Source: Acholeplasma sp. CAG:878
Lineage (GTDB): Bacteria > Bacillota_I > Bacilli_A > RF39 > UBA660
Assembly (NCBI GenBank): GCA_000432255.1
Contig: HF989926.1
Location: 65 to 64,064 of the forward strand
DNA: 64,000 bases
Direction of reading: 5' to 3'
The notes under the pieces were generated by a model. That model saw only the letters and a list, made by a program, of their open reading frames with translations, was not told the origin of the DNA and ran no database searches. Position numbers and translations under genes: made by a program. Positions 41,637 through 54,441 of the stretch are shown in pieces (positions within the stretch are counted from its first letter, which is position 1; each line of letters opens with the position of its first letter).

Positions 41637-41829
41637 TATGTCTGAATTAACATATCAATATGAAATTGAAATGTAATAAAAATTGTCATGCAAAATAAGT
41701 TAAACTTCTTGTACAAGTTTAGTAATATCTAAAAACATATTTTATTATGAAATAAAAGAGATTGGGTATTGAAAATTTGTGTTAAATATTATACAATTAT
41801 GTAAATATGTGTTGGGAGTGTGTTTTGGT

Positions 41830-44622
41830 ATGTTTGGTAGTTCTAATACAAAAGATAATAAAATGATTTCAAAAAACCGCAAATGCCTTTTTTGTGGTTT
41901 TAATGTTAAGATGGGATTCACGTTAATTGAATTGCTTGCTGCGTTGGTAGTTTTGGCGATAATAGCTTTAATAGTATATCCTACAATTGGCAAATTATTA
42001 GCAAATAATAAAACAAAAGCATATGAAAAACAATTAGATGTAATAGAGGTTGCTGCTTCTAACTGGCTAATTGAAAATGAAGGCAAATTGAAAGATAACG
42101 CCTATGCTCTACCAATAAATGATATAGTTGGAAGCGGATTTATAGAAGAAAATGAATTGATTAATCCAATTAATAACGAACCACTTACAGGATGCATTTT
42201 CATAACATGGAGAAAAAATATTAAACAATACGAATATAATTATGTTGAAAATTGCGAAGAGTTTATAGTACCAAAATTATTGTCATTAAAAGCAAGTAGC
42301 AGTGAGAATGAACACGGATGGAGAAACAAAGATTTTTATGTTTCTCTAAGTGGAGAATATTTAGAAAACTATTATTATTGTATAGATAACAAAAAATGTG
42401 AACCAAATATAATGGTAACTGATGTAAATAAGACTATAGCATTTAATGAAGAAGGAATAAAATACGTTTGTGCTTACGGAACGAATAAATCAGGAGAAAC
42501 AGAATCGATTTGTGAAAAATATAAATTAGATAAAACGAAACCAGTTATTGGGAGTATTGTATTTAGTGGAAAACAAGGTTTAAATAATTGGTTTGTATCA
42601 GACGTAACTGTTAATGTAACAGAATCAACTGATGCTTTAAGTGGAATAGATAATAATATATTAAGTCCAAGTGAAACATCAATAACAAAAGATACTAAAG
42701 GAACAACATATACTTTAACTGCAAAAGATAAAGCTGGAAACATAAGTAGTGTTAGTTATGCTGTAAAAATAGATAAAACCAAACCAATACTAGGAACACT
42801 AACAATAAGTGGAACTAAAGGAAATAATGATTGGTATAAAAGTGATGTAGTATTTAGTGTTAAGGATGGTAGTGATAGTATGTCAGGACACGCTTCTACT
42901 ACATCAAGTATTACAAGTATAACCAAAGATACTAAAGGAACGAAAGTAATATTAACAACCAAAGATAATGCTGGTAATACTACAACTAAAGAATATATAA
43001 TTAAAATGGACAAAACAGCACCTACAATAGAAATGGTTAATCCGACTAATGGTAATTGGACAAATAAAAATATAGAAATAACAAGTAATTTTTCTGATAA
43101 TATATCAGGAATAGTACCATCATCATTAGCGTGGTCAGATGATAATACTAATTGGCATAACTATTCTAATACAAGTACAACAACATTTAAAGATACGTGG
43201 AGTGGTGAAGGAAATAGAACGGGTTATAACAAAGTGTGTGATTATGCTGGAAACTGTAGTACAACATCTACTCCAATTAGAATCGATAAAACCAATCCAA
43301 TAGTAGGGGAGTTAGTAGTAGCAAGTGGGACTTTAGGCACAAATGGTTGGTACACAAGTAATGTAGTGTTTAGTGTGAAAAATGGAAGTGATGCATTAAG
43401 TGGACATGGTAGTACAACAAGTAGTATAAGTAGCATAACAACAAATACAAAAGGAACAAATGTGGTAGTGACAACAAAAGATAAAGCAGGAAATAGTACA
43501 GCAAAAACATACACATTTAAAGTAGATAAAAACGCACCTACCATAACTCCTAAATATTCAACTGTAACAATAGGAAGCATAAGTGAAGTAAATGTATCGG
43601 ATTTGTTTATAATTAATTATTCAATTAGTGGAGGATACGTAACTTGTAATGTTAATAAAACAAAAGATATAAAAGCTGTTAATAATCCACTTAGATGTAC
43701 AGCAACTGGAGGAAATGGATTAATTGCTGAAGCAAAAATAAATGTTAAAAACCAATTAGCAAGTATTGCTGTTACTACCCCACCAAATAAAACATTATAT
43801 TCCGTTGGTTCTGCTTTTGATAAAACAGGTATGGTAGTTACAGCATATTATAAAGATGGAACCTCAAAAGTGGTTACCAATTATACTATTGAGTCAAGTG
43901 TAACACGATATGGCCGTTCTCATATAGGTAAGGTTAAAAAGAACTGGGGGATCAATTATTTATATCCAACTAGAAGAGACCTTGATGAATACGATGATTT
44001 AATTATAACTTATACTGAAGATGGTGTTACTAAAACCACAACTACGCCAATAACGGTTGCTATATATGCAAATCAAGTAAAAAATATTGTTATAGCTTCA
44101 GAACTTTCAAGAGTTAATGTAGCTAAAGTAACAAATTATTATTCAAATCCGGGTGGTACAAGTCATATTAAAACTTCATATGAAATACCAACAGATAACG
44201 AGTATTATAGATATGAGGTTGGTTCTAATTATATTAGACTGCATTCGTTAAAAGCAGGATATTATTCAAGTGATTCTATAAGAGTTCATTTTGAATTATA
44301 CGATGGTACTATATTTAGAGCGGGATATTTTGAAAATATAGATAGCGTAAATACAGATATTAAATATAGTTTTACAGTAGCAAGATTTATTAAGAATTCC
44401 CCACCTTATGGACAATTCTTAGGAGCTACAGGATATTTATTCCAACAACCGCTAACAACCATAGTGTTAGGATGGCAAACATTCAATAATATAACAGATG
44501 CTTCTGGATCTGCGCCTATTGGTGCTTCAGCTCAAAACGGAGCGACTTATATGGAATATAAGTTTTCTAACTTTGTTATGAATGGTAGAAATATGAATGT
44601 TGTGTATACACTTGATTCTTAA
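41830..44622 (+). CDS. Giant prepilin-type protein (~930 aa) with pilin-like N-domain, four tandem ~95-aa Ig-like repeats and a Big_3-like module; candidate pilus adhesin
   Basis: The prepilin motif ...KMG|FTLIELLAALVVLAIIALIV has Glu at +5. The repeats read DKTKPxIGxLxxSGxxGxNxWYxSDVxFSVxDGSDxxSG...TKDTKGT...KDxAGNxS...DKTxP. A Big_3-like segment is LASIAVTTPPNKTLYSVGSAFDKTGMVVTAYYKDGTSKVV. The start is uncertain (41779, 41830 or 41863). No LPXTG sorting signal. Confidence 0.65.
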   Translation: MFGSSNTKDNKMISKNRKCLFCGFNVKMGFTLIELLAALVVLAIIALIVYPTIGKLLANNKTKAYEKQLDVIEVAASNWLIENEGKLKDNAYALPINDIVGSGFIEENELINPINNEPLTGCIFITWRKNIKQYEYNYVENCEEFIVPKLLSLKASSSENEHGWRNKDFYVSLSGEYLENYYYCIDNKKCEPNIMVTDVNKTIAFNEEGIKYVCAYGTNKSGETESICEKYKLDKTKPVIGSIVFSGKQGLNNWFVSDVTVNVTESTDALSGIDNNILSPSETSITKDTKGTTYTLTAKDKAGNISSVSYAVKIDKTKPILGTLTISGTKGNNDWYKSDVVFSVKDGSDSMSGHASTTSSITSITKDTKGTKVILTTKDNAGNTTTKEYIIKMDKTAPTIEMVNPTNGNWTNKNIEITSNFSDNISGIVPSSLAWSDDNTNWHNYSNTSTTTFKDTWSGEGNRTGYNKVCDYAGNCSTTSTPIRIDKTNPIVGELVVASGTLGTNGWYTSNVVFSVKNGSDALSGHGSTTSSISSITTNTKGTNVVVTTKDKAGNSTAKTYTFKVDKNAPTITPKYSTVTIGSISEVNVSDLFIINYSISGGYVTCNVNKTKDIKAVNNPLRCTATGGNGLIAEAKINVKNQLASIAVTTPPNKTLYSVGSAFDKTGMVVTAYYKDGTSKVVTNYTIESSVTRYGRSHIGKVKKNWGINYLYPTRRDLDEYDDLIITYTEDGVTKTTTTPITVAIYANQVKNIVIASELSRVNVAKVTNYYSNPGGTSHIKTSYEIPTDNEYYRYEVGSNYIRLHSLKAGYYSSDSIRVHFELYDGTIFRAGYFENIDSVNTDIKYSFTVARFIKNSPPYGQFLGATGYLFQQPLTTIVLGWQTFNNITDASGSAPIGASAQNGATYMEYKFSNFVMNGRNMNVVYTLDS

Positions 44623-44789
44623 AAAGATGAAACAATTTAAACTGACTAATATAATTAGGTGTTAGTTCTTTGTAAAATATTGTTGGGGAGTAATTAATTT
44701 AACTAAAAAATTCTGATTATGAATACGATGAATAGTCTTAAAGTTAGTGGTAAGTCATATTCGATAGTTGTAGAAGCAGGATTTTAGTA

Positions 44790-44820
44790 AAAATTGAATT
44801 ATTTTTAAAAATTCAAGATT
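44790..44820. terminator. Bidirectional hairpin terminator between convergent genes
   Basis: TTGAATT-atttttaaa-AATTCAA hairpin flanked by A- and T-runs. Confidence 0.5.
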
Positions 44821-46117
44821 AATTTCTTGAATTTTTTAGTGTTTTTTTGACTGCAATAATATGATGAACTGTAACATAAATAATGTTAATTGATGTAGAT
44901 ATAACTAATCCCCATAGTCCAATTTTAAGAAAACTAAGCAAAAACAAAGTTATAGTTCGTAAAATCATTCCAATTAATGTTCCCCTCATAGCGCAACGTG
45001 CTAATCCCATTGCTTGAAGAGAACTAGTTAAAGGTGCTTGAATGTAGTGAAGTAGGCATACTATTGATAAAACTTTAATATAAGGAATACCTAAATTAGT
45101 ATCATATATTAGTTTTAAAGGAATATCTGGAATAAAGATAAAAATCAAAGTGCAAGGAATACCAATTAATAAACTAAAAAATATAGCCTGTCTTATCTTT
45201 TTAGAAACATATCTTTTATTATTATTAGAATAACCTTTACTAACAACTGGTAATAATGCTTGTGAAATAGCCATCGTAAAAAATGAAGGAAGTAATATTA
45301 ACGGCATAACAAATCCATTTAAAATACCATATTCATTAACTATAAATTCATTAGAATAGCCAACTTTAAGTAAAACGAAAGTTAAAATAATAGGTTCAAA
45401 AAAAGAGCCAATATTTCCAATTAGTCTTGAACCTGTTGAGGGAAGAGATATATCTAGTATATCTTTTATATAACTTTTATTTGGTTTTATATCGTTTTTA
45501 TTTATTTTTTTAGGTAATAAAATTAAAAATATAATAATACTAGATAATTCACTAAATACATTAGATAAAATTAAAAAAGCAACAGCAAATTCAATTCCTT
45601 TACTTAAACAAAATGGAACAAATAAAACAATTGAAATAAGTCTTACAATATCTTCAACAATATTTGTTATAACATGAGGAAGCATTCTTTGTTTTCCAAA
45701 AAAATATCCTCTTAAAATACTTGAAATACTAATAAAAGGTAATACTATTCCCATTGCAAGAATTCCATAATAAGTTTTAGGTTCATGAAGTAAGTTATTT
45801 GCTATAAAATCAGAACTTATATATACTAAAGCAATTATTATAATATCGATTAATAAAATTAATGTCGAAGCATTTAATACTATTTTTTTGTTATTTTTCT
45901 TATCTTCAGAAACAAGTTTTGATATGGCAGTTGGCATACCTAAAGTGCAAAGTGATATTAAAAGAGAAAAAGTTGGTACCAATAACATATAAATACCGAT
46001 TCCATAACTACCAACATATCTAGTCATAATAATTCTTATAAACATACTAAGTATTTTAGTTACTAACCCACCGATTATTAATATAATAGTAGATGTAACA
46101 AATTTATTTTTTTTCAT
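44819..46117 (-). CDS. SpoVB-like MOP/MurJ-superfamily polysaccharide flippase
   Basis: The N-terminal signature ...GIGIYMLLVPTFSLLISLCTLGMPTAISKLVSE matches the SpoVB pattern G.G.Y...P...L...G.P.A.SKLV.E. About 12 TM helices. Confidence 0.65.
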   Translation of the reverse strand: MKKNKFVTSTIILIIGGLVTKILSMFIRIIMTRYVGSYGIGIYMLLVPTFSLLISLCTLGMPTAISKLVSEDKKNNKKIVLNASTLILLIDIIIIALVYISSDFIANNLLHEPKTYYGILAMGIVLPFISISSILRGYFFGKQRMLPHVITNIVEDIVRLISIVLFVPFCLSKGIEFAVAFLILSNVFSELSSIIIFLILLPKKINKNDIKPNKSYIKDILDISLPSTGSRLIGNIGSFFEPIILTFVLLKVGYSNEFIVNEYGILNGFVMPLILLPSFFTMAISQALLPVVSKGYSNNNKRYVSKKIRQAIFFSLLIGIPCTLIFIFIPDIPLKLIYDTNLGIPYIKVLSIVCLLHYIQAPLTSSLQAMGLARCAMRGTLIGMILRTITLFLLSFLKIGLWGLVISTSINIIYVTVHHIIAVKKTLKNSRN

Positions 46118-46181
46118 AAATCACCTTTAAAAATATTTTGTTTTCTTATATAATAGTATGTGAAAGACAAGGTGTTTTTGA

Positions 46182-46448
46182 ATGGAATTTAATAGTTTAG
46201 AAGAATTATATGAAAGAATTAAGCCAGCATTAAGATGTAAGCAAAGTGAAATGAAAAGAAACGGATATAATTATATTAAATTAGAAGATATATGGAATTA
46301 TTTAAAAGAAGTTAAATGGAAAAATGATACTAATCTATCACTTTATGATATGGTAAGTGATGTATTAGAAGTTCCTAATGAAGTAATCGACGACTATTTA
46401 AAACATAAACTAAATTTAAGCAAGCGAACAATATACTTTGGAGAGTGA
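46182..46448 (+). CDS. ComN-like post-transcriptional regulator family protein (88 aa)
   Basis: Small acidic protein. The position between the spoVB-like gene and relA mirrors the B. subtilis neighbourhood (spoVB ... comN ... relA-dtd). Confidence 0.4.
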   Translation: MEFNSLEELYERIKPALRCKQSEMKRNGYNYIKLEDIWNYLKEVKWKNDTNLSLYDMVSDVLEVPNEVIDDYLKHKLNLSKRTIYFGE

Positions 46449-46453
46449 TTTAT

Positions 46454-48607
46454 GTGTATAAAGAAGATATTTTAACCTTTGAGGAATTATTAACAAGGTT
46501 AAAAAAATATATAAAAAACAAAAAGGAATTAGAATTAATTAAAAAGGCATATATGTATGCTTATGAAAAACATTTCGGTCAAAAAAGAAAAAGTGGTGAG
46601 GATTATATCATTCACCCTTTAAATGTTGCTTATATATTAGCAGGAATCAATGCTGATTATAAAACTATTTGCAGCGCACTACTTCATGATACAATTGAAG
46701 ATTGTGATGTTACTAAAGAAGAAATAGAAGAATTATTTGGGGGAGAAGTTGCTTATTTAGTTGAAAGTTTAACCAAAATTAATAAACTTAATTTCAGCTG
46801 TGATAGTGAAGCAACAATTGCAAATCAAAGAAAGATATTAGTTGGTTTAACTGAAGATGTTAGAGTTATTATCTTAAAATTAGCTGATAGACTTCATAAT
46901 ATGCGAACGCTATGGGCATTACCTGAAAAAAAGCAAAAAGAAAATGCAAAAGAAACACTAGATATATTTATTCCAATTGCCCACCGACTTGGAATGAACT
47001 CAATTAAAAGTGAATTAGAAGATTTATGTTTAAGATATTCTAAACCGGATGTTTATTTTCAAATTGTCGAAAAATTAAACAAGAAAAAAAGTGAAAGAGA
47101 TGAAGCCGTTAACGAGATGAAAAATACGGTTTCTAAATTATTAAATAGTCACAACATTAAACATGAAATTAAAGGTCGTTCAAAAAGTATTTATAGTATT
47201 TACAAAAAATTAGATACTGGGAGAAGTTTTAATGATATATATGATTTTCTAGCGTTAAGGGTTTTTGTAAAAACTGAAGAAGAATGTTATCAAGTATTAG
47301 GAATAATTCATTCTAAATTTAAACCAATCCCTAAAAGATTTAAAGATTATATTGCTATGCCTAAAACTAATATGTATCAATCATTACATACAAGTGTTTT
47401 TGGTAATAATGGTGAAATATTTGAAATTCAAATAAGAACTTATGAAATGGATAAAATAGCTGAAAACGGAATTGCTTCTCACTGGTCATATAAAGAAAAG
47501 AAAAAAGCAAATTTACAAAGTGAGATGGAACAAAAATTACAATTTTTTAGACTTATTATGGAACTAAAACATGAAGGAACTAATGACCAAGAATTCGTTG
47601 ATTCTGTCAAAGAAGATGTTTTAAAAGATACTATTTATGTTTTTACTCCTCAAGGAGATGTATTAGAACTTCCAAATGGTTCGACTCCTATAGATTTTGC
47701 ATATAGAGTTCATACAAGAGTAGGCGATACTATGGTTGGCGCTATTGTAAACAATAACATAGTTCCTCTAGATTATAAGTTAAAAGATGATGATATTGTA
47801 AAAATAAATACTAATAAAAATTCACCTGGACCTAGTCGAGAATGGTTAAATATAGCGAAAACAACTCATGCTAAAAACAAAATAAGAAGTTTTTTCAATA
47901 AAAATGAAAAAGAAGATTATGTCAATAGAGGCGAAGATTTAATATCAAAAGAATTAAGAAAAAGAAAATTATCAAATAGTGTTTTTAATGAAAATCTTAA
48001 TAAAATATTACAAGAATTTAAATGCAGTGATTTAAACGATTTGTATATTAATGTTGGTAATAATAAATATACGCCGAGTCAAATAGTTAATTTAATAACT
48101 GGAGAAAATACAACAAAAGAAGAATTGCTTATTAAAAAAACACAAAATAAAGAAGTAAGTAGAGAAATAGCTAAAAATGACATTATCGTTGAAGGAATTG
48201 ATGATATAAAAGTAAATATTGCGTCTTGTTGTAAACCAATTAAAGATGATGAAATAATAGGTTATATTACTAAAGGATATGGAATAACAATTCATAGAAT
48301 AAATTGTCCTAATGTTAGTGAATTACAAGAAAGATTTATTTCTGTTAGGTGGAATAGTAATACAAGTAAGAAATATCCAACAACCTTACTTTTAAAATCA
48401 TTAGATAGCAAAAATATGTTATTTGATATTATTGCTAAAACAACTAATCGTAATGTTGTAGTTGAAAGTATAAATAATATTAAAAATAATGAATGTTATA
48501 CTTGTGAACTAACTATATCAGTTGATAATTTAGAACAATTAAATAAATTTATAAACGATTTGGAAAGTATACCAAATATGCTTAGTGTTGAAAGGTTGAT
48601 AAAATGA
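46454..48607 (+). CDS. relA: Bifunctional (p)ppGpp synthetase/hydrolase Rel
   Basis: HD hydrolase motif (HDTIED), RelA_SpoT synthetase, TGS and ACT domains. The start is assigned to the GTG at 46454, 10 nt after GGAG. The track GTG at 46445 overlaps the RBS. Confidence 0.93.
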   Translation: MYKEDILTFEELLTRLKKYIKNKKELELIKKAYMYAYEKHFGQKRKSGEDYIIHPLNVAYILAGINADYKTICSALLHDTIEDCDVTKEEIEELFGGEVAYLVESLTKINKLNFSCDSEATIANQRKILVGLTEDVRVIILKLADRLHNMRTLWALPEKKQKENAKETLDIFIPIAHRLGMNSIKSELEDLCLRYSKPDVYFQIVEKLNKKKSERDEAVNEMKNTVSKLLNSHNIKHEIKGRSKSIYSIYKKLDTGRSFNDIYDFLALRVFVKTEEECYQVLGIIHSKFKPIPKRFKDYIAMPKTNMYQSLHTSVFGNNGEIFEIQIRTYEMDKIAENGIASHWSYKEKKKANLQSEMEQKLQFFRLIMELKHEGTNDQEFVDSVKEDVLKDTIYVFTPQGDVLELPNGSTPIDFAYRVHTRVGDTMVGAIVNNNIVPLDYKLKDDDIVKINTNKNSPGPSREWLNIAKTTHAKNKIRSFFNKNEKEDYVNRGEDLISKELRKRKLSNSVFNENLNKILQEFKCSDLNDLYINVGNNKYTPSQIVNLITGENTTKEELLIKKTQNKEVSREIAKNDIIVEGIDDIKVNIASCCKPIKDDEIIGYITKGYGITIHRINCPNVSELQERFISVRWNSNTSKKYPTTLLLKSLDSKNMLFDIIAKTTNRNVVVESINNIKNNECYTCELTISVDNLEQLNKFINDLESIPNMLSVERLIK

Positions 48608-49050
48608 GAGTATTAGTGCAAAGAAGTTTAAATTCAAAAGTAGAAGTTAATGGTAAAGTAATAGGAAGTATTGATAAAGGTTTAGTTTTATTTGTTGGAT
48701 TTACTGATGGTGATGATTTATCTGACATTGAATATTTAGTCAAGAAAGTTTTAAACTTAAGAATATTTGACGATGAAAACAATATAATGAATAAGAGTAT
48801 ATTAGATGCTGGTGGAAGTATATTAAGTATATCACAATTTACTTTGTATGCTGATGCTAGTAAGGGTAATAGACCAAGTTATATAAAAGCGATGAAGTCA
48901 GATGAAGCGATTGAAATGTATGAACTATTTAACAAAAAGTTAAAAGAACAAATTCATGTTGAAACAGGTGAATTTGGGGCTGACATGAAAGTTTCTATTA
49001 CTAACGATGGTCCTGTTACAATTTGGTTAGAAAGCGGGACAAAAAATTAA
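48604..49050 (+). CDS. dtd: D-aminoacyl-tRNA deacylase
   Basis: MRVLVQRSLNSKVEVNGKVIGSIDKGLVLFVG...SQFTLYAD is the Dtd signature. Overlaps relA by 4 nt, as in Bacillus. Confidence 0.9.
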   Translation: MRVLVQRSLNSKVEVNGKVIGSIDKGLVLFVGFTDGDDLSDIEYLVKKVLNLRIFDDENNIMNKSILDAGGSILSISQFTLYADASKGNRPSYIKAMKSDEAIEMYELFNKKLKEQIHVETGEFGADMKVSITNDGPVTIWLESGTKN

Positions 49051-49090
49051 AACGAAAATTGACTTTAGACTAATTAATATATTAATTATA

Positions 49091-49996
49091 ATGGTTATTT
49101 TCTTTTTAGTGGAACAAACTAAAAATTTATGGCTAGGTTTATTTAAAAACTTAGCTTTTTTTGCTCCTATTTTTTTAGGCTTAATCATTGCTTTGGCGTT
49201 GCTTCCGATTTTGAATAAATTAGTAAAATTGAAAGTACCTAAAGGATTAGCTATTTTTTTAATTATATTTAGTTTGATTTTGTTTGTAGGAATTGTTATA
49301 GTAAAGATGATTCCTACATTGATATTTCAATTATTAAGTATTGTAAAAAATTTAAATGGTTTATTTAATTCTAATCAATTAAATGTTTTACTTTCTAATA
49401 TAAGTGATAATATATGGCTTTATATATCATCTGGAATAACCTTTTCTTATAATTTGATTAGTAATATAATTTTAACATTAGGAGCAATTGTTTATTTTTT
49501 AAAAGATATGGAACAAATTAAATCATGGCTATTAAAAAAAATAAAAAATAAAGAATTATTTTATAAAATAGAATTCAATATTAACAATTATTTTAAAGGC
49601 TTATTAATTATTATGTTTATAACATTTTTTGAATATAATATCATTTATTTAATAATTAAACATCCACAGTTTTTATTACTAGGAATGTTTGCAAGTATAG
49701 CTAATTTAATTCCACAATTTGGTGGTTTAATAGTTCACATATTAGCTTTACTTACTTCACTTACATTAGGTAAAGTAATGTTTGTAAAAACAATTATAGC
49801 AGTATTTGTATTATCTATTTTAGATGGTTATGTAATTAATCCTTTAGTATATGGAAAAACCAATAAATTACACCCTTTAATTATTATAATAACTTTATTA
49901 TTAGGAAGTGTTTTATTTGGATTTATGGGCATATTATTAGCTCTTCCTTTAACAATTATTATAATAACAACCTACAATTATTACACAAAAGATTAA
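49091..49996 (+). CDS. AI-2E (PerM/YhhT) family transporter
   Basis: About 8 TM helices with an overall AI-2E-like layout. The identity is tentative. Confidence 0.5.
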   Translation: MVIFFLVEQTKNLWLGLFKNLAFFAPIFLGLIIALALLPILNKLVKLKVPKGLAIFLIIFSLILFVGIVIVKMIPTLIFQLLSIVKNLNGLFNSNQLNVLLSNISDNIWLYISSGITFSYNLISNIILTLGAIVYFLKDMEQIKSWLLKKIKNKELFYKIEFNINNYFKGLLIIMFITFFEYNIIYLIIKHPQFLLLGMFASIANLIPQFGGLIVHILALLTSLTLGKVMFVKTIIAVFVLSILDGYVINPLVYGKTNKLHPLIIIITLLLGSVLFGFMGILLALPLTIIIITTYNYYTKD

Positions 49997-50026
49997 ATTT
50001 ATAGTATAATTATGGTGGTGAATAAA

Positions 50027-50521
50027 ATGAAAGAAATAGAAAATAGACGAAGTATAAGAAACTTTAAAAATGAAAAAATAAGTAAAGATTTGATTGTTAA
50101 GATTATTGAAAGTGGTCTTTTATCGCCTTCAGCTAAAAATAAACAACCTTGGTATTATATTGTTGTAAATGAAGAAATTAAAAATAAAATATCTTTAGAA
50201 TTAGAAAATGTTATGGGAAAGAACAAAACATCAGATGTAATTAAAGAAGCACCAGTTTTGATTTTGGTTTATAATACTTTAGATGACTATTATTCTCATA
50301 TGTCAATTGGTTCAAGCATTGAAAATATGTTATTAGAAGCTGAAAGTAATGATATTGGAAGTTTATGGATAGGATATGTAAAAAAAATAGAAGAATATAT
50401 AAATAACTTAGTTGATTGTAATTATGAATTGATTTCTGCTATAGCGTTAGGTGTAAAGAATGAACAACCACCAAAAAGACCAAGAAAAAGTTTTGATGAA
50501 GTTTGTAAATTTATAAATTAG
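50027..50521 (+). CDS. Nitroreductase-family protein
   Basis: RRSIRNFKNEKISKDLIVKIIESGLLSPSAKNKQPWYYIVV is the nitroreductase signature. RBS GGTGGTG lies 5 nt before the ATG at 50027. Confidence 0.8.
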   Translation: MKEIENRRSIRNFKNEKISKDLIVKIIESGLLSPSAKNKQPWYYIVVNEEIKNKISLELENVMGKNKTSDVIKEAPVLILVYNTLDDYYSHMSIGSSIENMLLEAESNDIGSLWIGYVKKIEEYINNLVDCNYELISAIALGVKNEQPPKRPRKSFDEVCKFIN

Positions 50522-50677
50522 GTATTTTATGGAAAAAATCGATTTATTGCAAAAAATGATTGATGAAGTTGATTTAACTAAATGTCAGTTTAAATAATGT
50601 ATTTCATAAATTAATATAAAACTTTTACAATTTAATGTAACAAAATTATTAAAACTATGTTATAATTAAATTGTGTT

Positions 50678-50762
50678 GCTTGTGTGGCGGAACTGGTAGA
50701 CGCGCACGACTCAAAATCGTGTAACTTATGTTGTGAGGGTTCGATTCCCTCCACAAGCACCA
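50678..50762 (+). tRNA. tRNA-Leu (anticodon CAA)
   Basis: Cloverleaf folded by hand: acceptor GCTTGTG/CACAAGC, D-arm, anticodon stem CACGA/TCGTG with loop CT-CAA-AA (U33, A37), a long variable arm, T-arm GAGGG-TTCGATT-CCCTC, discriminator A and an encoded CCA. Track ORF 50684-50878 is spurious. Confidence 0.85.
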
Positions 50763-50861
50763 GATTGATAGGAAACTCGAACTTTTATAAATTCGAGAGT
50801 AATAAATTACTAACAGAAATGTTAGTTTTTTTGTTATTTAAGAAAGGAAAAGTGATGAGTT

Positions 50862-51131
50862 ATGACAATAGAAACTAAAGAACTTGTAATAAGTGAAGAA
50901 TTAAAAAGAAAGGTAGAAATGATTTGTAGGTTTGCTTATGTTGACTACACTATCACAAATGGAAATATTAAAAGTATTAAAAACACAAATATTGCTATGG
51001 TTAAACCTCATATAGTAAAAATTAAAGGTATTGATTATTTAATATTTGATGAATGTGATGATATTTTTATAAATGGTTATAAAGAGAAAATTAAGTTTAA
51101 AGATTTTGAAGAATATATTAAAACCCACTAA
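50862..51131 (+). CDS. Hypothetical small protein (89 aa), first island gene (possible recombination directionality factor, speculative)
   Basis: Clean ORF. No recognisable motif. Confidence 0.45.
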   Translation: MTIETKELVISEELKRKVEMICRFAYVDYTITNGNIKSIKNTNIAMVKPHIVKIKGIDYLIFDECDDIFINGYKEKIKFKDFEEYIKTH

Positions 51132-51135
51132 AACC

Positions 51136-51164
51136 TTGACAAATTAAGAATATATGTATATAGT
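51136..51164 (+). promoter_or_regulatory. Sigma-A-type promoter (TTGACA-17-TATAGT) upstream of the recombinase leader
   Basis: TTGACA at 51136-51141, a 17-nt spacer, then TATAGT at 51159-51164. Confidence 0.6.
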
Positions 51165-51221
51165 ATAGAACTAATAAAAGCAAGCAGTATCGCTTTTTAA
51201 AGGGGAAAGAGAGGTACTTCT

Positions 51222-54437
<3,216 letters not shown>

Positions 54438-54441
54438 AAAA

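Noticed and set aside
41637-41720. 12-codon ORF (MSELTYQYEIEM) and the 10-bp palindrome CTTGTACAAG upstream of the giant pilin gene
   Set aside because: It is too short and without an RBS to call a gene. The palindrome is noted as a possible operator, but there is no supporting evidence.
42474-43580. Minus-strand ORFs of 85-112 aa inside the giant pilin-like gene
   Set aside because: They are antisense shadows of the repeat region (Leu/Val-rich mirror of Thr/Lys/Asp codons).
50624-50666. A sigma-A promoter for tRNA-Leu with -35 TTTACA
   Set aside because: The spacing to the TGtTATAAT at 50658-50666 is about 31 nt. Only the extended -10 element is credible.
50684-50878. 64-aa ORF overlapping the tRNA
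   Set aside because: It reads straight through tRNA-Leu(CAA). The tRNA fold is complete and convincing.
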